Positions 29,838-38,309 of a stretch of 64,000 bases of DNA are shown here, one piece after another; positions within the stretch are counted from its first letter, which is position 1, and every line of letters begins with the position of its first letter. Made by a program: the position numbers and the translations under genes. Below the pieces are notes generated by a model that saw only the letters and a list, made by a program, of their open reading frames with translations, had not been told where the DNA came from and did not search any database. The stretch comes from an uncultured Oscillospiraceae bacterium (GTDB taxonomy: Bacteria; Bacillota; Clostridia; Christensenellales; Aristaeellaceae), in assembly GCA_964624445.1 (NCBI GenBank), contig CAZUXV010000002.1, positions 3,111-67,110 of the forward strand, given 5' to 3'.

Positions 29838-30971
29838 ATGAGAAAAACCGCGGCATGTTTACTGGCTCTGTTCATTCTGGTCGTGTGTTGTGTCTTTTCC
29901 GTTGCGGAGGAAGAGACAGAGTACGCGCAGGAGGAGGCTTCCGTCAACGCGCTTACGCTGATTGATCAGCAGGACAGGGAGATCGAAGTAAAGAAAGGCA
30001 AGGATCCCGCTGTCAAGAAAGGGGTCAGCCAGGTCACAGGCCAAAAGAGCGATGCAAGCTACCAGCCCGTGCTCGTCGAGTTTAATAATGAAAACGGCGG
30101 GATTTACGCTACCGCTCCGAAGGGAATTACAAAAGCCTCTGTGATCTATGAGTACCAGATCTCAACCAACGGCACTATGGGATTAAGCGCAATCTATCAG
30201 GACGAGCTTCCTGCCAAGGTCGGTCCCGTAGGAAACGCGACCATCGGCGGCCTGCTTATAGAGGACGACTGGAAATGCGGGTATGTCTATAACAGCATTC
30301 CGACAGCGGCGGACGGGAGCGTATCGGAGCTTGGGTATTCCATGCAGACATGGATCGACCGTTATGACCTGATGAGGAAACACCTGCTCTTTCCGGCTAA
30401 CGTCCCGCGGACAAAGGAATGGAAAGCGTACTTTAAGCAGGACAGCGAAATGATCATGGAAGAAAGCCAGAATGTTGATGTGAAGGGGATCCAGGGCCTG
30501 CTGGACAAATACAGCGTTGTTCCCTCCCCTGCCAGGTTCGATTTTCTGGCAAAGCCGGACGATTACGAAGGGTCGGTATTCGTCAAGGAGATTGATATCC
30601 GTACATCCTCCCGCACATTCTCATCCGGGTTTGTTTACAATGACGAAGATCATCAGTATTACAGATGGATCGGTGACGGGAACCAGTACGGCGATGTGGA
30701 GGCGGATGAACAGCTGCATGTATCCAACCTGATCATTCAGCGCGTTGAGTACAACACGTCCAACAAGAATATGGCGCCGATTGTTATCGGAAAAGGCAAT
30801 GCGGACATCTTTATCCGCGGGTACTACATCGACGGATACTGGGTACGCGAATCTTCTGATGATCACACACGGTACTATGACAGCGACGGGAACCCCATCC
30901 AGCTTGATCCCGGCACAACATTTATTTCCCTGCTTACCAACTCGACTTCTGTCGTGATTCTGAATTATTAA
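29838..30971 (+). CDS. Exported DUF3048 (YerB-like) protein
   Basis: Signal peptide; PVLVEFNN, GITKASVIYE, VGPV, Y.Y...YYRW, VSNLIIQ, G.G.A...G.W, D.DGNPIQL.PG.T; start chosen from RBS spacing. Confidence 0.75.
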   Translation: MRKTAACLLALFILVVCCVFSVAEEETEYAQEEASVNALTLIDQQDREIEVKKGKDPAVKKGVSQVTGQKSDASYQPVLVEFNNENGGIYATAPKGITKASVIYEYQISTNGTMGLSAIYQDELPAKVGPVGNATIGGLLIEDDWKCGYVYNSIPTAADGSVSELGYSMQTWIDRYDLMRKHLLFPANVPRTKEWKAYFKQDSEMIMEESQNVDVKGIQGLLDKYSVVPSPARFDFLAKPDDYEGSVFVKEIDIRTSSRTFSSGFVYNDEDHQYYRWIGDGNQYGDVEADEQLHVSNLIIQRVEYNTSNKNMAPIVIGKGNADIFIRGYYIDGYWVRESSDDHTRYYDSDGNPIQLDPGTTFISLLTNSTSVVILNY

Positions 30972-30989
30972 CACGGAGGTAGAAACATT

Positions 30990-31640
30990 ATGGCAAAGAA
31001 ACTGATATGGACGCTGCTGATTTTGGTTGCTCTTGGGTCTATCGGGTATTTTATCGGCTATCCGTATATGGCCAACAACCATCCCGAACTGCTTGAGAAG
31101 GTCGGCATTAAGACCGAAAAGCACGTAGAGGACAATACAGTGCTTTCGGAATACGACGAAAAGGCGGGCCTGGACGTTAAGGAAGGCTGGACTGCGCCTG
31201 TCAAGGTCGAGTATGTGCGGAGGGATATTCCTTCGCTGGAACAGGACTTTTATGCGGCCGGTTTTCCGACTTTCCTGTATGTGACAGACGACAACGGCAA
31301 CCTGAACCAGCAGGCGGAAAAATCCTTCAGGGACGATGGCGCACTGATTTATATGTATATGGACGATACATATTACCTGACCAACGCCTCTATCGAATAC
31401 GGGGTTCCGAAGAACAAGTTCAATTCAACAGTTACCAGCGAGTATATTGACCTGTTTATTGATTTTATCCGGATCATAACAAACCGCGAGGTGTCCGAGT
31501 CTGACAGGAACATCCTGCTCCGGGTTTTCGCGAATGTGTTTAACGACAGTGAGAGCAAGAACAACACGGTCACGATCAATGACCTTCAGTTTACTGTAAC
31601 GATTGATAAGTTCTACAATTTGGTTATCCTGAAGTGCTGA
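30990..31640 (+). CDS. N-terminally membrane-anchored hypothetical protein
   Basis: RBS GGAGG; N-terminal TM. Confidence 0.75.
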   Translation: MAKKLIWTLLILVALGSIGYFIGYPYMANNHPELLEKVGIKTEKHVEDNTVLSEYDEKAGLDVKEGWTAPVKVEYVRRDIPSLEQDFYAAGFPTFLYVTDDNGNLNQQAEKSFRDDGALIYMYMDDTYYLTNASIEYGVPKNKFNSTVTSEYIDLFIDFIRIITNREVSESDRNILLRVFANVFNDSESKNNTVTINDLQFTVTIDKFYNLVILKC

Positions 31641-31656
31641 CAGTCCGTTAAAACCG

Positions 31657-31685
31657 AACACCCTGCCGTCTGGCAGGGTGTTTTC
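31657..31685. terminator. Terminator between convergent genes
   Basis: AACACCCTGCC/GGCAGGGTGTT hairpin followed by a T run. Confidence 0.7.
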
Positions 31686-31710
31686 GTAAGCTTTATTATT
31701 TCCGAGCAGT

Positions 31711-32553
31711 TCATTCAGGTGTAATCTCCTCCAGCGTATCATCCGGGACATTGTCCGCCTCCGCAGGCTGGAACAGCATACCGCAGGGCTTTGAAATCAT
31801 TTCCGTGGTCAGGTTCGGAAGCGTGACGAGCAGCTGGCTCAGGTTTTTCTGGACATTCACAGCATGGAATGCATTCCCGCGTTCAAGCGCGATCTCGTCC
31901 ACATACCGCATGATTTCCATAGGCGGGATAGAACGGCCTTTTGTAAGGGACTGGAAGATCAGGCTGTATTCCTTGTTTTCCGCCTGATAGAACGCCCTGT
32001 CCTGAACGGTCTGAAACTTAATATCCTCCGGATTGACGTTCAGGGGAAGCTGGACCATGTAATGCTGGCGCATGGGCTGCAGGGTGCTCGTATACTTTTC
32101 GCGGATTTCATTCCACACCTTCTGCTGTTCTTCGGTGATGTTATCTTCATCGTCCGTGGTCACATACTTTTCAAGTACGTTTACTGAATCCAGGATACCC
32201 TCTGAAAGCCGTGCGTTATTCGATACAACCAGCACATACCAGCGCTTCTTATGGGACATGATCTCAAGGGCGATATGGAAGTTATAACGGTTCTCAGATC
32301 CCGTCCGGGAAGCCTCTTCAATCCTCTGGGCAAGCCTTTCCTGCGCGACGTCCATAATGCTGCGGCCTTCGTTGATGGTGATATAGTTCAGGATGTAGTA
32401 ATCCGCCACCAGGCAGACTTCCTCGCTGAGAATGCTGATGTATTCAGCCCGCTGCTTTTCCTCAATCGCGTGCTTAATCTTTTTCAGCAGAGTCTCGAAG
32501 CTTGTGTTGCCAATGTTTTCCTTGGTCCTGTAGCCGTTAATAATGATACTCAT
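31711..32553 (-). CDS. Hypothetical protein
   Basis: Long ORF; start placed at ATG 32553 (RBS GGAGGT). Confidence 0.7.
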   Translation of the reverse strand: MSIIINGYRTKENIGNTSFETLLKKIKHAIEEKQRAEYISILSEEVCLVADYYILNYITINEGRSIMDVAQERLAQRIEEASRTGSENRYNFHIALEIMSHKKRWYVLVVSNNARLSEGILDSVNVLEKYVTTDDEDNITEEQQKVWNEIREKYTSTLQPMRQHYMVQLPLNVNPEDIKFQTVQDRAFYQAENKEYSLIFQSLTKGRSIPPMEIMRYVDEIALERGNAFHAVNVQKNLSQLLVTLPNLTTEMISKPCGMLFQPAEADNVPDDTLEEITPE

Positions 32554-33535
32554 TTTCTTTCTTACCTCCTTTAATTTCTTCTTCCTTGTCAAACGCCTCA
32601 TTGATGTTCTTTATGGCGGACGCGATCTTATTGAAACTGTCGAATCGGGTATCCCCGCTGTCTATAACGGCTTTGACGGCTTTGGCCAGCAGCGGGATAG
32701 TTCTTTCCTTGTCCGGCCCGGTGAGACAGCTTACATTCATTCCAGTGTTAATGCACATGATATACGGTATTCCGGCGGCGAACAGGGTTTCCGTGTTTTT
32801 ATCAATGACCGGCAGGTCGGCCTCCAGTCCTTTTTCTATAAACTTCTGGAGCTTACTGCTGATCTTCCTGCCTTCGTCTGTCGGGAAGACTTCAATGTGG
32901 CATTGCGTATCCGGTTTGGTTTCAGCCATTGTCGCGGAAGCCAGATTCATGAGTATATCATCGAGCGTGGGAATCCCTGAAACGGCAGTGTTTTCATTCA
33001 GTATGCTCTTTGCGACCGCAGCTATCGCGATTACAACGCTCGTCGTATCCCCGAAAACGATCCCTCCGCGATTCTGACCGGGTAAGACAATACATCCGCA
33101 GGCGTTTCTTACCTCGTATCTTTTGACGATCTCCATGATTTCCCGAATCGCGTTATTGACCTTCACGGAGCCGTAATTGCTTTCCCATTTTTCCCGGACA
33201 ATCGCTTTTTTGCGGAGGAAGTAAGCGAACGGAACAAGTCTTTGCATCAATCGATGCTTGTGGTCAACATTACGCTGGAACGCGGCTTCTTCATTGCTGC
33301 CATTACAGGCCATAATGGACTTAAAGATTGCTTTATCAGAAGCCTCCTGCTCGGAGACTTCCTTTTTGTAGATCTCATCCATTACTTCACGGAGGGCCAT
33401 AAGATCTTCCGACGTTCTGATATCCATAAAGTCAAGCAGGTTGTTATAGCGAACGATCAGATCATCCGGATTCATTTCCAGTGCATTTGGCAGAACAAGG
33501 TTATTGATGATTTGCCGCATGACTTCTTTTTCCAT
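32537..33535 (-). CDS. Hypothetical protein
   Basis: 332-aa ORF overlapping the next gene. Confidence 0.7.
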   Translation of the reverse strand: MEKEVMRQIINNLVLPNALEMNPDDLIVRYNNLLDFMDIRTSEDLMALREVMDEIYKKEVSEQEASDKAIFKSIMACNGSNEEAAFQRNVDHKHRLMQRLVPFAYFLRKKAIVREKWESNYGSVKVNNAIREIMEIVKRYEVRNACGCIVLPGQNRGGIVFGDTTSVVIAIAAVAKSILNENTAVSGIPTLDDILMNLASATMAETKPDTQCHIEVFPTDEGRKISSKLQKFIEKGLEADLPVIDKNTETLFAAGIPYIMCINTGMNVSCLTGPDKERTIPLLAKAVKAVIDSGDTRFDSFNKIASAIKNINEAFDKEEEIKGGKKENEYHY

Positions 33536-33541
33536 AGTCGT

Positions 33542-33910
33542 TTACTCTCCAAACATATATGATATTTTCTTTCTTACGTATAAAATCAAGCCTATCCAGT
33601 CAGCTATAATGTACGGGATATTCGTAACGGTTTTCCTGCCGTGGATCCTTTGCGTGAGCAACGGCATTTCCCGGACATCATAGATTTTTCCATCCCGATA
33701 ATCACGAACCGTCCGGTTGTGAATGTATTTCAGCGTTTTCTCGTAGCGATCCTCCATCGCGCCCATCAGCCACTCTGCTTCTTCCCTCGTCTGCAGATCA
33801 AAAGAATCTATGTACTCGTCATATTCCGCGCACACGGCCTTCATAGTGCCTTTAAAGAGTTCCGGAGGCTTTGTTTTTCTTACTTTGTTGTATATTTCTT
33901 CACGGGTCAT
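33542..33910 (-). CDS. Hypothetical protein
   Basis: 122-aa ORF with RBS GGAG, operon-like spacing. Confidence 0.65.
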   Translation of the reverse strand: MTREEIYNKVRKTKPPELFKGTMKAVCAEYDEYIDSFDLQTREEAEWLMGAMEDRYEKTLKYIHNRTVRDYRDGKIYDVREMPLLTQRIHGRKTVTNIPYIIADWIGLILYVRKKISYMFGE

Positions 33911-34027
33911 ACTGTGTCTCCTGTGCTATCGGTTTACACAGAAATATTACTTATCCGCACTCTGGAATTTTGTGCGTGCAAAAAAATTCCCGCGAAATAA
34001 TTCGCGGAAACACGATAGGCTGTCAGA

Positions 34028-34252
34028 TCACTGCTCTTCCTGCTGCGGTTCTTCCTGCTTCTTTTCCCGGCAGAACACACCGGTCATGGCATTTGTCATG
34101 CTTCCGGCACACGGAACAACAGAAACGAGGTCCCACCCCTGTTCAACCTGTTCATTGATAATCTTGGCTGCATCATTCAGGTCGGACTGTTTGGAGAAAC
34201 GGATTCTGGTGTTCAGGAATAACAGTTTGTACTCTTTCATTATGCTTTCCAC
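34028..34252 (-). CDS. DUF4177-like small protein
   Basis: EYK...INEQVEQGWDLVSVV...FCRE pattern. Confidence 0.7.
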   Translation of the reverse strand: MESIMKEYKLLFLNTRIRFSKQSDLNDAAKIINEQVEQGWDLVSVVPCAGSMTNAMTGVFCREKKQEEPQQEEQ

Positions 34253-34348
34253 CTTTCGGTATTATTTATCGAGGCATTATTTTATCCTCAAAATAAATAA
34301 TACGTGGTTCGCATAAAAAAAGTGTTTTTTTGTTTCACAGTCAGGCAG

Positions 34349-34570
34349 TTATTTCAGAAGCGGGTTTCTTGACGACTGTGCCCTGGGAAGGAACAGCGAA
34401 TATTTTCCCAGCGATCCGCATACATACAGGTCTTTATTCTCCGTTTCCGAACGCACACTGCTTCCGTAGAACGCCAGGTTCGCGACTGTATAATCGCCTG
34501 TTGTGTTCTGGGCATCCAATGCCCGCCCGCAAAAGGCATACCGTGGACAGTCAAAACTGCAGCACCGCAT
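34349..34570 (-). CDS. Small Cys-rich protein
   Basis: CC...CPRYAFC.R...C pattern; starts 7 nt after the upstream stop. Confidence 0.5.
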   Translation of the reverse strand: MRCCSFDCPRYAFCGRALDAQNTTGDYTVANLAFYGSSVRSETENKDLYVCGSLGKYSLFLPRAQSSRNPLLK

Positions 34571-34576
34571 AATTTA

Positions 34577-35470
34577 TCACTCTTTCTTTTTTGCTGGTTT
34601 CTTCATTTTCCGGTTTTGGCAGATAAACTCAAGACCATGCAGTTCAGGTTCGTTATCAAGCTCCTCCACCCGCGCGTCAAAATCTTCCGATTTGACTTTC
34701 AAAAGCCATTTCTTTTTATCGCCGGAGAAAAAGAATCCCTGGCGTTTTAAAGCGTTCCTTGCGTCATAGGTTCGGATGCCCCAGTCTTTTGCTTCTATAT
34801 AAACCGTCGGGGACATGACCATGCTCGTTTCTTCAATGGAATACCACGGCGTTCTCGGTTCCGCGTCTTCCAGCCCGCGGAAGACTGCGCCTATGCTTCC
34901 AAGAAAGGCTTCTTCCGCGTCTTCATCCTCCGTCTCGGTTTCCCAGACAGCCTCTATGTTGTTCCATGTGTATCCGCGTTCCTTCAGCTGGTTTTTAATG
35001 GAATACGAGTTATGAACTTTGATCACAGCGGAGGCTTCTTTTTGGTAATCCACTTCATGCCGGCAGTAGTTTTCTATGATCTCCTCTACCCTTTCATGGT
35101 CTGCCGACCAGTCATCCTCAAAGTCCTTTTTCGTCAGGATCTGCATATCAAGTGCCGCGTAAATAAGCTTCGCATAAACCTCAAAAAACGGGTCCTTATG
35201 ACCGGTTTTCCCGTGTATGCACCAGTCGATATGGTGTGACAGTTCGTGGATACAGCACTTTGCCATATGCTGTCCGCCAAGCCGCGCGTTATAGATTTCG
35301 ATGGTGTGCGTATCGACAATATACCTTCCGGAGGAAGTCTTTGATTCTTTGGGGAGAATATACAGTTTGTACCACTTGAAGCGGTTGCGCATAGCGTCCG
35401 ACATGGTCGTGTCGGCAAAAGCGACGTCAACTATATCGTCCATAAGCTTTTTAAGGCGTTGGTACAGCAT
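34577..35470 (-). CDS. SprT-like zinc metallopeptidase with two C-terminal DUF5710-like repeats
   Basis: SGRY, IHELSHH, GHKDPF; YSIKNQLKERGYTWN...W and YDARNALKRQGFFFS...W. Start placed at ATG 35470, downstream of the tmRNA. Confidence 0.7.
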   Translation of the reverse strand: MLYQRLKKLMDDIVDVAFADTTMSDAMRNRFKWYKLYILPKESKTSSGRYIVDTHTIEIYNARLGGQHMAKCCIHELSHHIDWCIHGKTGHKDPFFEVYAKLIYAALDMQILTKKDFEDDWSADHERVEEIIENYCRHEVDYQKEASAVIKVHNSYSIKNQLKERGYTWNNIEAVWETETEDEDAEEAFLGSIGAVFRGLEDAEPRTPWYSIEETSMVMSPTVYIEAKDWGIRTYDARNALKRQGFFFSGDKKKWLLKVKSEDFDARVEELDNEPELHGLEFICQNRKMKKPAKKKE

Positions 35471-35549
35471 CTGCGGCTCCCTTTTCTTTCGTAGGATATA
35501 TGGATTGTGCGTACCCGCACATATCGAGTACGCGCAACCTCTGGTTCTG

Positions 35550-35896
35550 TGGTGGAGGTGAGGGGTATCGAGCCCCTGTCCGAAAACCATGTCAGAAAAC
35601 TTTCTTCGAGCAGAGGCATGAGTTTGCGTTCCCTCCCCTGCCCGTCTCATGCCGGACTGGCAGAGGAAGTATCTCCTTGTACAGGAAGCGGTCCGGAGAA
35701 TTACCGTTCCCCGTTCCCCGCGTTAATGATGCCGGTGATTCAGGCCGCGGGTGCCTGAGTCCGACACGCCGCATTAAGCAGCGGCGAGAGCAGTACGATG
35801 ATTGTCAGTTATTTCTTTTCTCTGTTTTATCGTGGTCTGAGTCCACGGCTCGCTTATTTTCCGCCATCCGATCTCCGTCGAATCCTATACACCCCC
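35550..35896 (-). ncRNA. ssrA: tmRNA
   Basis: 5' GGGGGTGTATAGGATTCGAC; 3' GGACAGGGGCTCGATACCCCTCACCTCCACCA; acceptor stem with G3-U; after AATAACT the tag reads (A)DNHRTALAAA-stop. Confidence 0.95.
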
Positions 35897-35910
35897 ATGT
35901 CCGGAGGCCA

Positions 35911-36168
35911 TTAGACCTGCCGGAAGAGTTCGATGTACTTATCGTACCATCCCGCGAAATCAAATCCCGTGAAGTACAGCACGGCAACCAGGATCAGTCC
36001 GAGAACAAGCCCGATCAGATGATACCGCGCGTAATTTCTGCGGCAGATATAGTTGTTCTTGAACGAGAAAACCAGAATAAAGATCCATCCGATAACGGGA
36101 ATGGCAAAGAGAATGCCATATCCGATGTACCCCAACGGGGATACATGCCTTTCATGAGTGTTTTCCAT
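35911..36168 (-). CDS. Small two-TM membrane protein
   Basis: LFAIPVIGWIFILVFSF...RRNYAR; RBS GGGAGA. Confidence 0.7.
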   Translation of the reverse strand: MENTHERHVSPLGYIGYGILFAIPVIGWIFILVFSFKNNYICRRNYARYHLIGLVLGLILVAVLYFTGFDFAGWYDKYIELFRQV

Positions 36169-36229
36169 GATCTTTCTCCCTTCTGTGTCGGTGTGGGCTG
36201 TGCCTCAAGTGAAAAGGAAAGCGGTTCCC

Positions 36230-36670
36230 TAAGCTTCTCACATCCATAAGGTACGGGCTGTGCTGGCAAGCCGGTCTTCCGGAAAGCTCCGGCGCTGTGA
36301 TCTGCTTAAGGCTTTTTTACCGGGAACATACGCCGGTCCCCTGGACGGTAAGCCCTGTCCTTGTACCGTCATGCGCTTCACCAAGGAGGTGCCGCCTCCT
36401 GTCGCAAAGGATTCACGCAGGCGTTTCCACTCACGCATTGCGGTCCGGCAAAAGGGACGGGGAATCCGGACAGCCCGTGTGGGTTAGGCTTTGCAATGCG
36501 GCCATGGCTTGCTTTCAGAGTCCGCCGCCAGCGGTCTCCGGGTGGCTTAGTCCCCGTTGCCACCTGTGCGCTTCGGTATGCTGTTTCTTACGTCGCCTTT
36601 GGTTGCGGCTACTCAGCGCAAACCGTCCTTGCGCGCTTGGACGGTTCCGATAAGGCATGCATACCGCGTT
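36230..36670 (-). ncRNA. Candidate large structured non-coding RNA (family unassigned)
   Basis: No credible ORF; nested helices CGGTATGC/GCATACCG, AACCGTCC/GGACGGTT, GGTGGC/GCCACC, CGCATTGC/GCAATGCG, AGGAGG/CCTCCT, GACGGTA/TACCGTC; boundaries approximate. Confidence 0.55.
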
Positions 36671-36727
36671 AATCTTCTTTGTAGGGGGTTGCGCTCCGCC
36701 TACATCAGCCGGGAGCTGCCCGGCAAC

Positions 36728-36803
36728 TGGAGCTGACGGTGGGACTTGAACCCACAACCTGCTGATTACAAATCAGCTGCTCTGCCGATTGAGCTACGTC
36801 AGC
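36728..36803 (-). tRNA. tRNA-Thr(TGT)
   Basis: Cloverleaf, anticodon loop TTTGTAA, T loop TTCAAGT, encoded CCA. Confidence 0.95.
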
Positions 36804-36837
36804 ATACGCGGCGTTTTTTCACGCCGGCTTGAAGGCG

Positions 36838-37110
36838 TCAGTCGTGCCAGTCACTCAGATTAAAACTGCTGGCCATATACGCATTCGCTGTTACGGAGTC
36901 TTTTGTTTGCGGCCCGTAAGTCTCCCGCGCCATGTATTCCGGATAATAGTTATATATTCCGCCTTCGACACCTCGCTCGCCTGCGATGAGCTTATGGCTG
37001 ACATTGGCTACTGCGTCGAGGACAGCGGCGGAAACAAGCGCGATCAGCACAACGCAGACGATACCTTTGACAGTCAGGTCGCCATTCTCATTCAAAAGCC
37101 TTTTGAACAT
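36838..37110 (-). CDS. Small prepilin-like membrane protein inside the tRNA array
   Basis: RBS GGAGG; MFKRLLNENG followed by a hydrophobic helix. Confidence 0.55.
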   Translation of the reverse strand: MFKRLLNENGDLTVKGIVCVVLIALVSAAVLDAVANVSHKLIAGERGVEGGIYNYYPEYMARETYGPQTKDSVTANAYMASSFNLSDWHD

Positions 37111-37147
37111 TCCTCCGTCCTCCAACAGTCTTGTGATAATGCAATCA

Positions 37148-37223
37148 TGGAGCCGATACTGAGACTTGAACTCAGAACCTGATGCTTACAAGGCAACTGC
37201 TCTGCCATTTGAGCTATACCGGC
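37148..37223 (-). tRNA. tRNA-Thr(TGT), second copy
   Basis: Cloverleaf, loop CTTGTAA, encoded CCA; one anticodon-stem mismatch. Confidence 0.9.
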
Positions 37224-37297
37224 ATTTTGCCGCAGCCTTTTCTCTGCGCGGAGGCGAACCGCAAGGTACAAGGCTGGGCAGAGGCCTGTTCCCAGGC

Positions 37298-37372
37298 TGG
37301 CAGGCGTGGTACGTGCCGACCGTACTCATAACCGGGTCAAAGCCGGTTGCGTTCCCGTTTCGCCACACGCCT
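37298..37372 (-). tRNA. tRNA-Gln(TTG), atypical T loop
   Basis: Acceptor AGGCGTG/CACGCCT, loop CTTTGAC, T loop GTCGGCA, encoded CCA. Confidence 0.75.
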
Positions 37373-37383
37373 GTGTGCTTGAG

Positions 37384-37457
37384 CACTGGAAGAGGGACTC
37401 GAACCCTCGACCTACGGCTTAGAAGGCCGTTGCTCAATCCAACTGAGCTATTCCAGC
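37384..37457 (-). tRNA. tRNA-Arg(TCT)
   Basis: Cloverleaf, loop CTTCTAA; CCA not encoded. Confidence 0.93.
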
Positions 37458-37466
37458 ACGAAACAA

Positions 37467-37542
37467 TGGAGCTGAAGGTGAGACTTGAACTCACGGCCTG
37501 ATGATTACGGATCATCTGCTCTGCCAACTGAGCTACTCCAGC
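37467..37542 (-). tRNA. tRNA-Thr(CGT) with C33
   Basis: Cloverleaf, loop TCCGTAA, encoded CCA. Confidence 0.9.
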
Positions 37543-37546
37543 AGGA

Positions 37547-37620
37547 TGGAGCACGATATCGGGCTCGAACCGACAAAACCAGCTTGGAGGGCTGGCGTGT
37601 TGCCATTACACCAATCGTGC
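37547..37620 (-). tRNA. tRNA-Gly(TCC) with C33
   Basis: Cloverleaf, loop CCTCCAA, short variable loop, encoded CCA. Confidence 0.9.
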
Positions 37621-37722
37621 GTTTTCGCCTGGTTATAACCTTTACTTCCCCAGGCGATGGATGTGTGTCCCCGTTAAGTTTAAGGAAAGGGCGTTTTGGC
37701 TCTGTTTCTGCACTTGCCCATG

Positions 37723-37796
37723 TCGGAGCAGCGGGATTCGAACCCACGACCTCCTGAACCCGAATCAGGCGCGCTACCAAGCTGCGCTACACCCCG
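37723..37796 (-). tRNA. tRNA-Pro(CGG)
   Basis: CGGGGTG start, loop TTCGGGT, T loop TTCGAAT; CCA not encoded. Confidence 0.93.
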
Positions 37797-37799
37797 TTT

Positions 37800-38008
37800 A
37801 AGGAACGGCACTGTCGCAGTACCCGCGTCGATCATTCATTGCCCGCTCTCTCGCGGGTTCGTCCGTAGCACACACCGCGTCAAACGCGATGCTGTTCCAT
37901 CGAGCAGTTCGACGGATATACCGGTCTTTCACCGCCATCTCCACCATCCGCCGGATACAAACAGCCCACAACCTTCCCCGGCGGAAATCCGGCCTTCCGG
38001 ACCGGATT
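37800..38008 (-). ncRNA. Candidate ~200-nt structured RNA
   Basis: End-to-end pairing GTATCCG/CGGGTAC enclosing CGGT/ACCG, TCCGT/ACGGA, CATCGCGT/ACGCGGTG and CCCGC/GCGGG; boundaries approximate. Confidence 0.45.
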
Positions 38009-38035
38009 AAGACCAATCGCGCAAAGTGGCGGTTA

Positions 38036-38224
38036 TTACTTGTTTCCCGCCTTGTCCCTGTATTTTTTCAATCCAAATGCCAACCCGATTCCCAGAACTA
38101 AACCGATTGCCGTGAAAAGGAAGGAATGCTTGGTAAGGATGTCGGCAATGACGCCCAGGCTTATTCCGAGACCAACGTCTGAGAGGAACGTCAGGAGTTC
38201 TCCCATATTTGTTTTTTTGTTCAT
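38036..38224 (-). CDS. Small glycine-zipper membrane protein
   Basis: RBS AAGGA; VGLGISLGVI and IGLVLGIGLAFG. Confidence 0.6.
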   Translation of the reverse strand: MNKKTNMGELLTFLSDVGLGISLGVIADILTKHSFLFTAIGLVLGIGLAFGLKKYRDKAGNK

Positions 38225-38309
38225 GTAGCATCGTGTCCTTTCATATCATATTTGCAGATATAATTTCTGCATTTCGGATCTCCGCCTATACTGCAACAGA
38301 CGGAGTTAA

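Noticed and set aside
35471..35650. N-terminal extension of the 357-aa ORF
   Set aside because: It runs through the tmRNA 3' end; ATG 35470 has an RBS and is the better start
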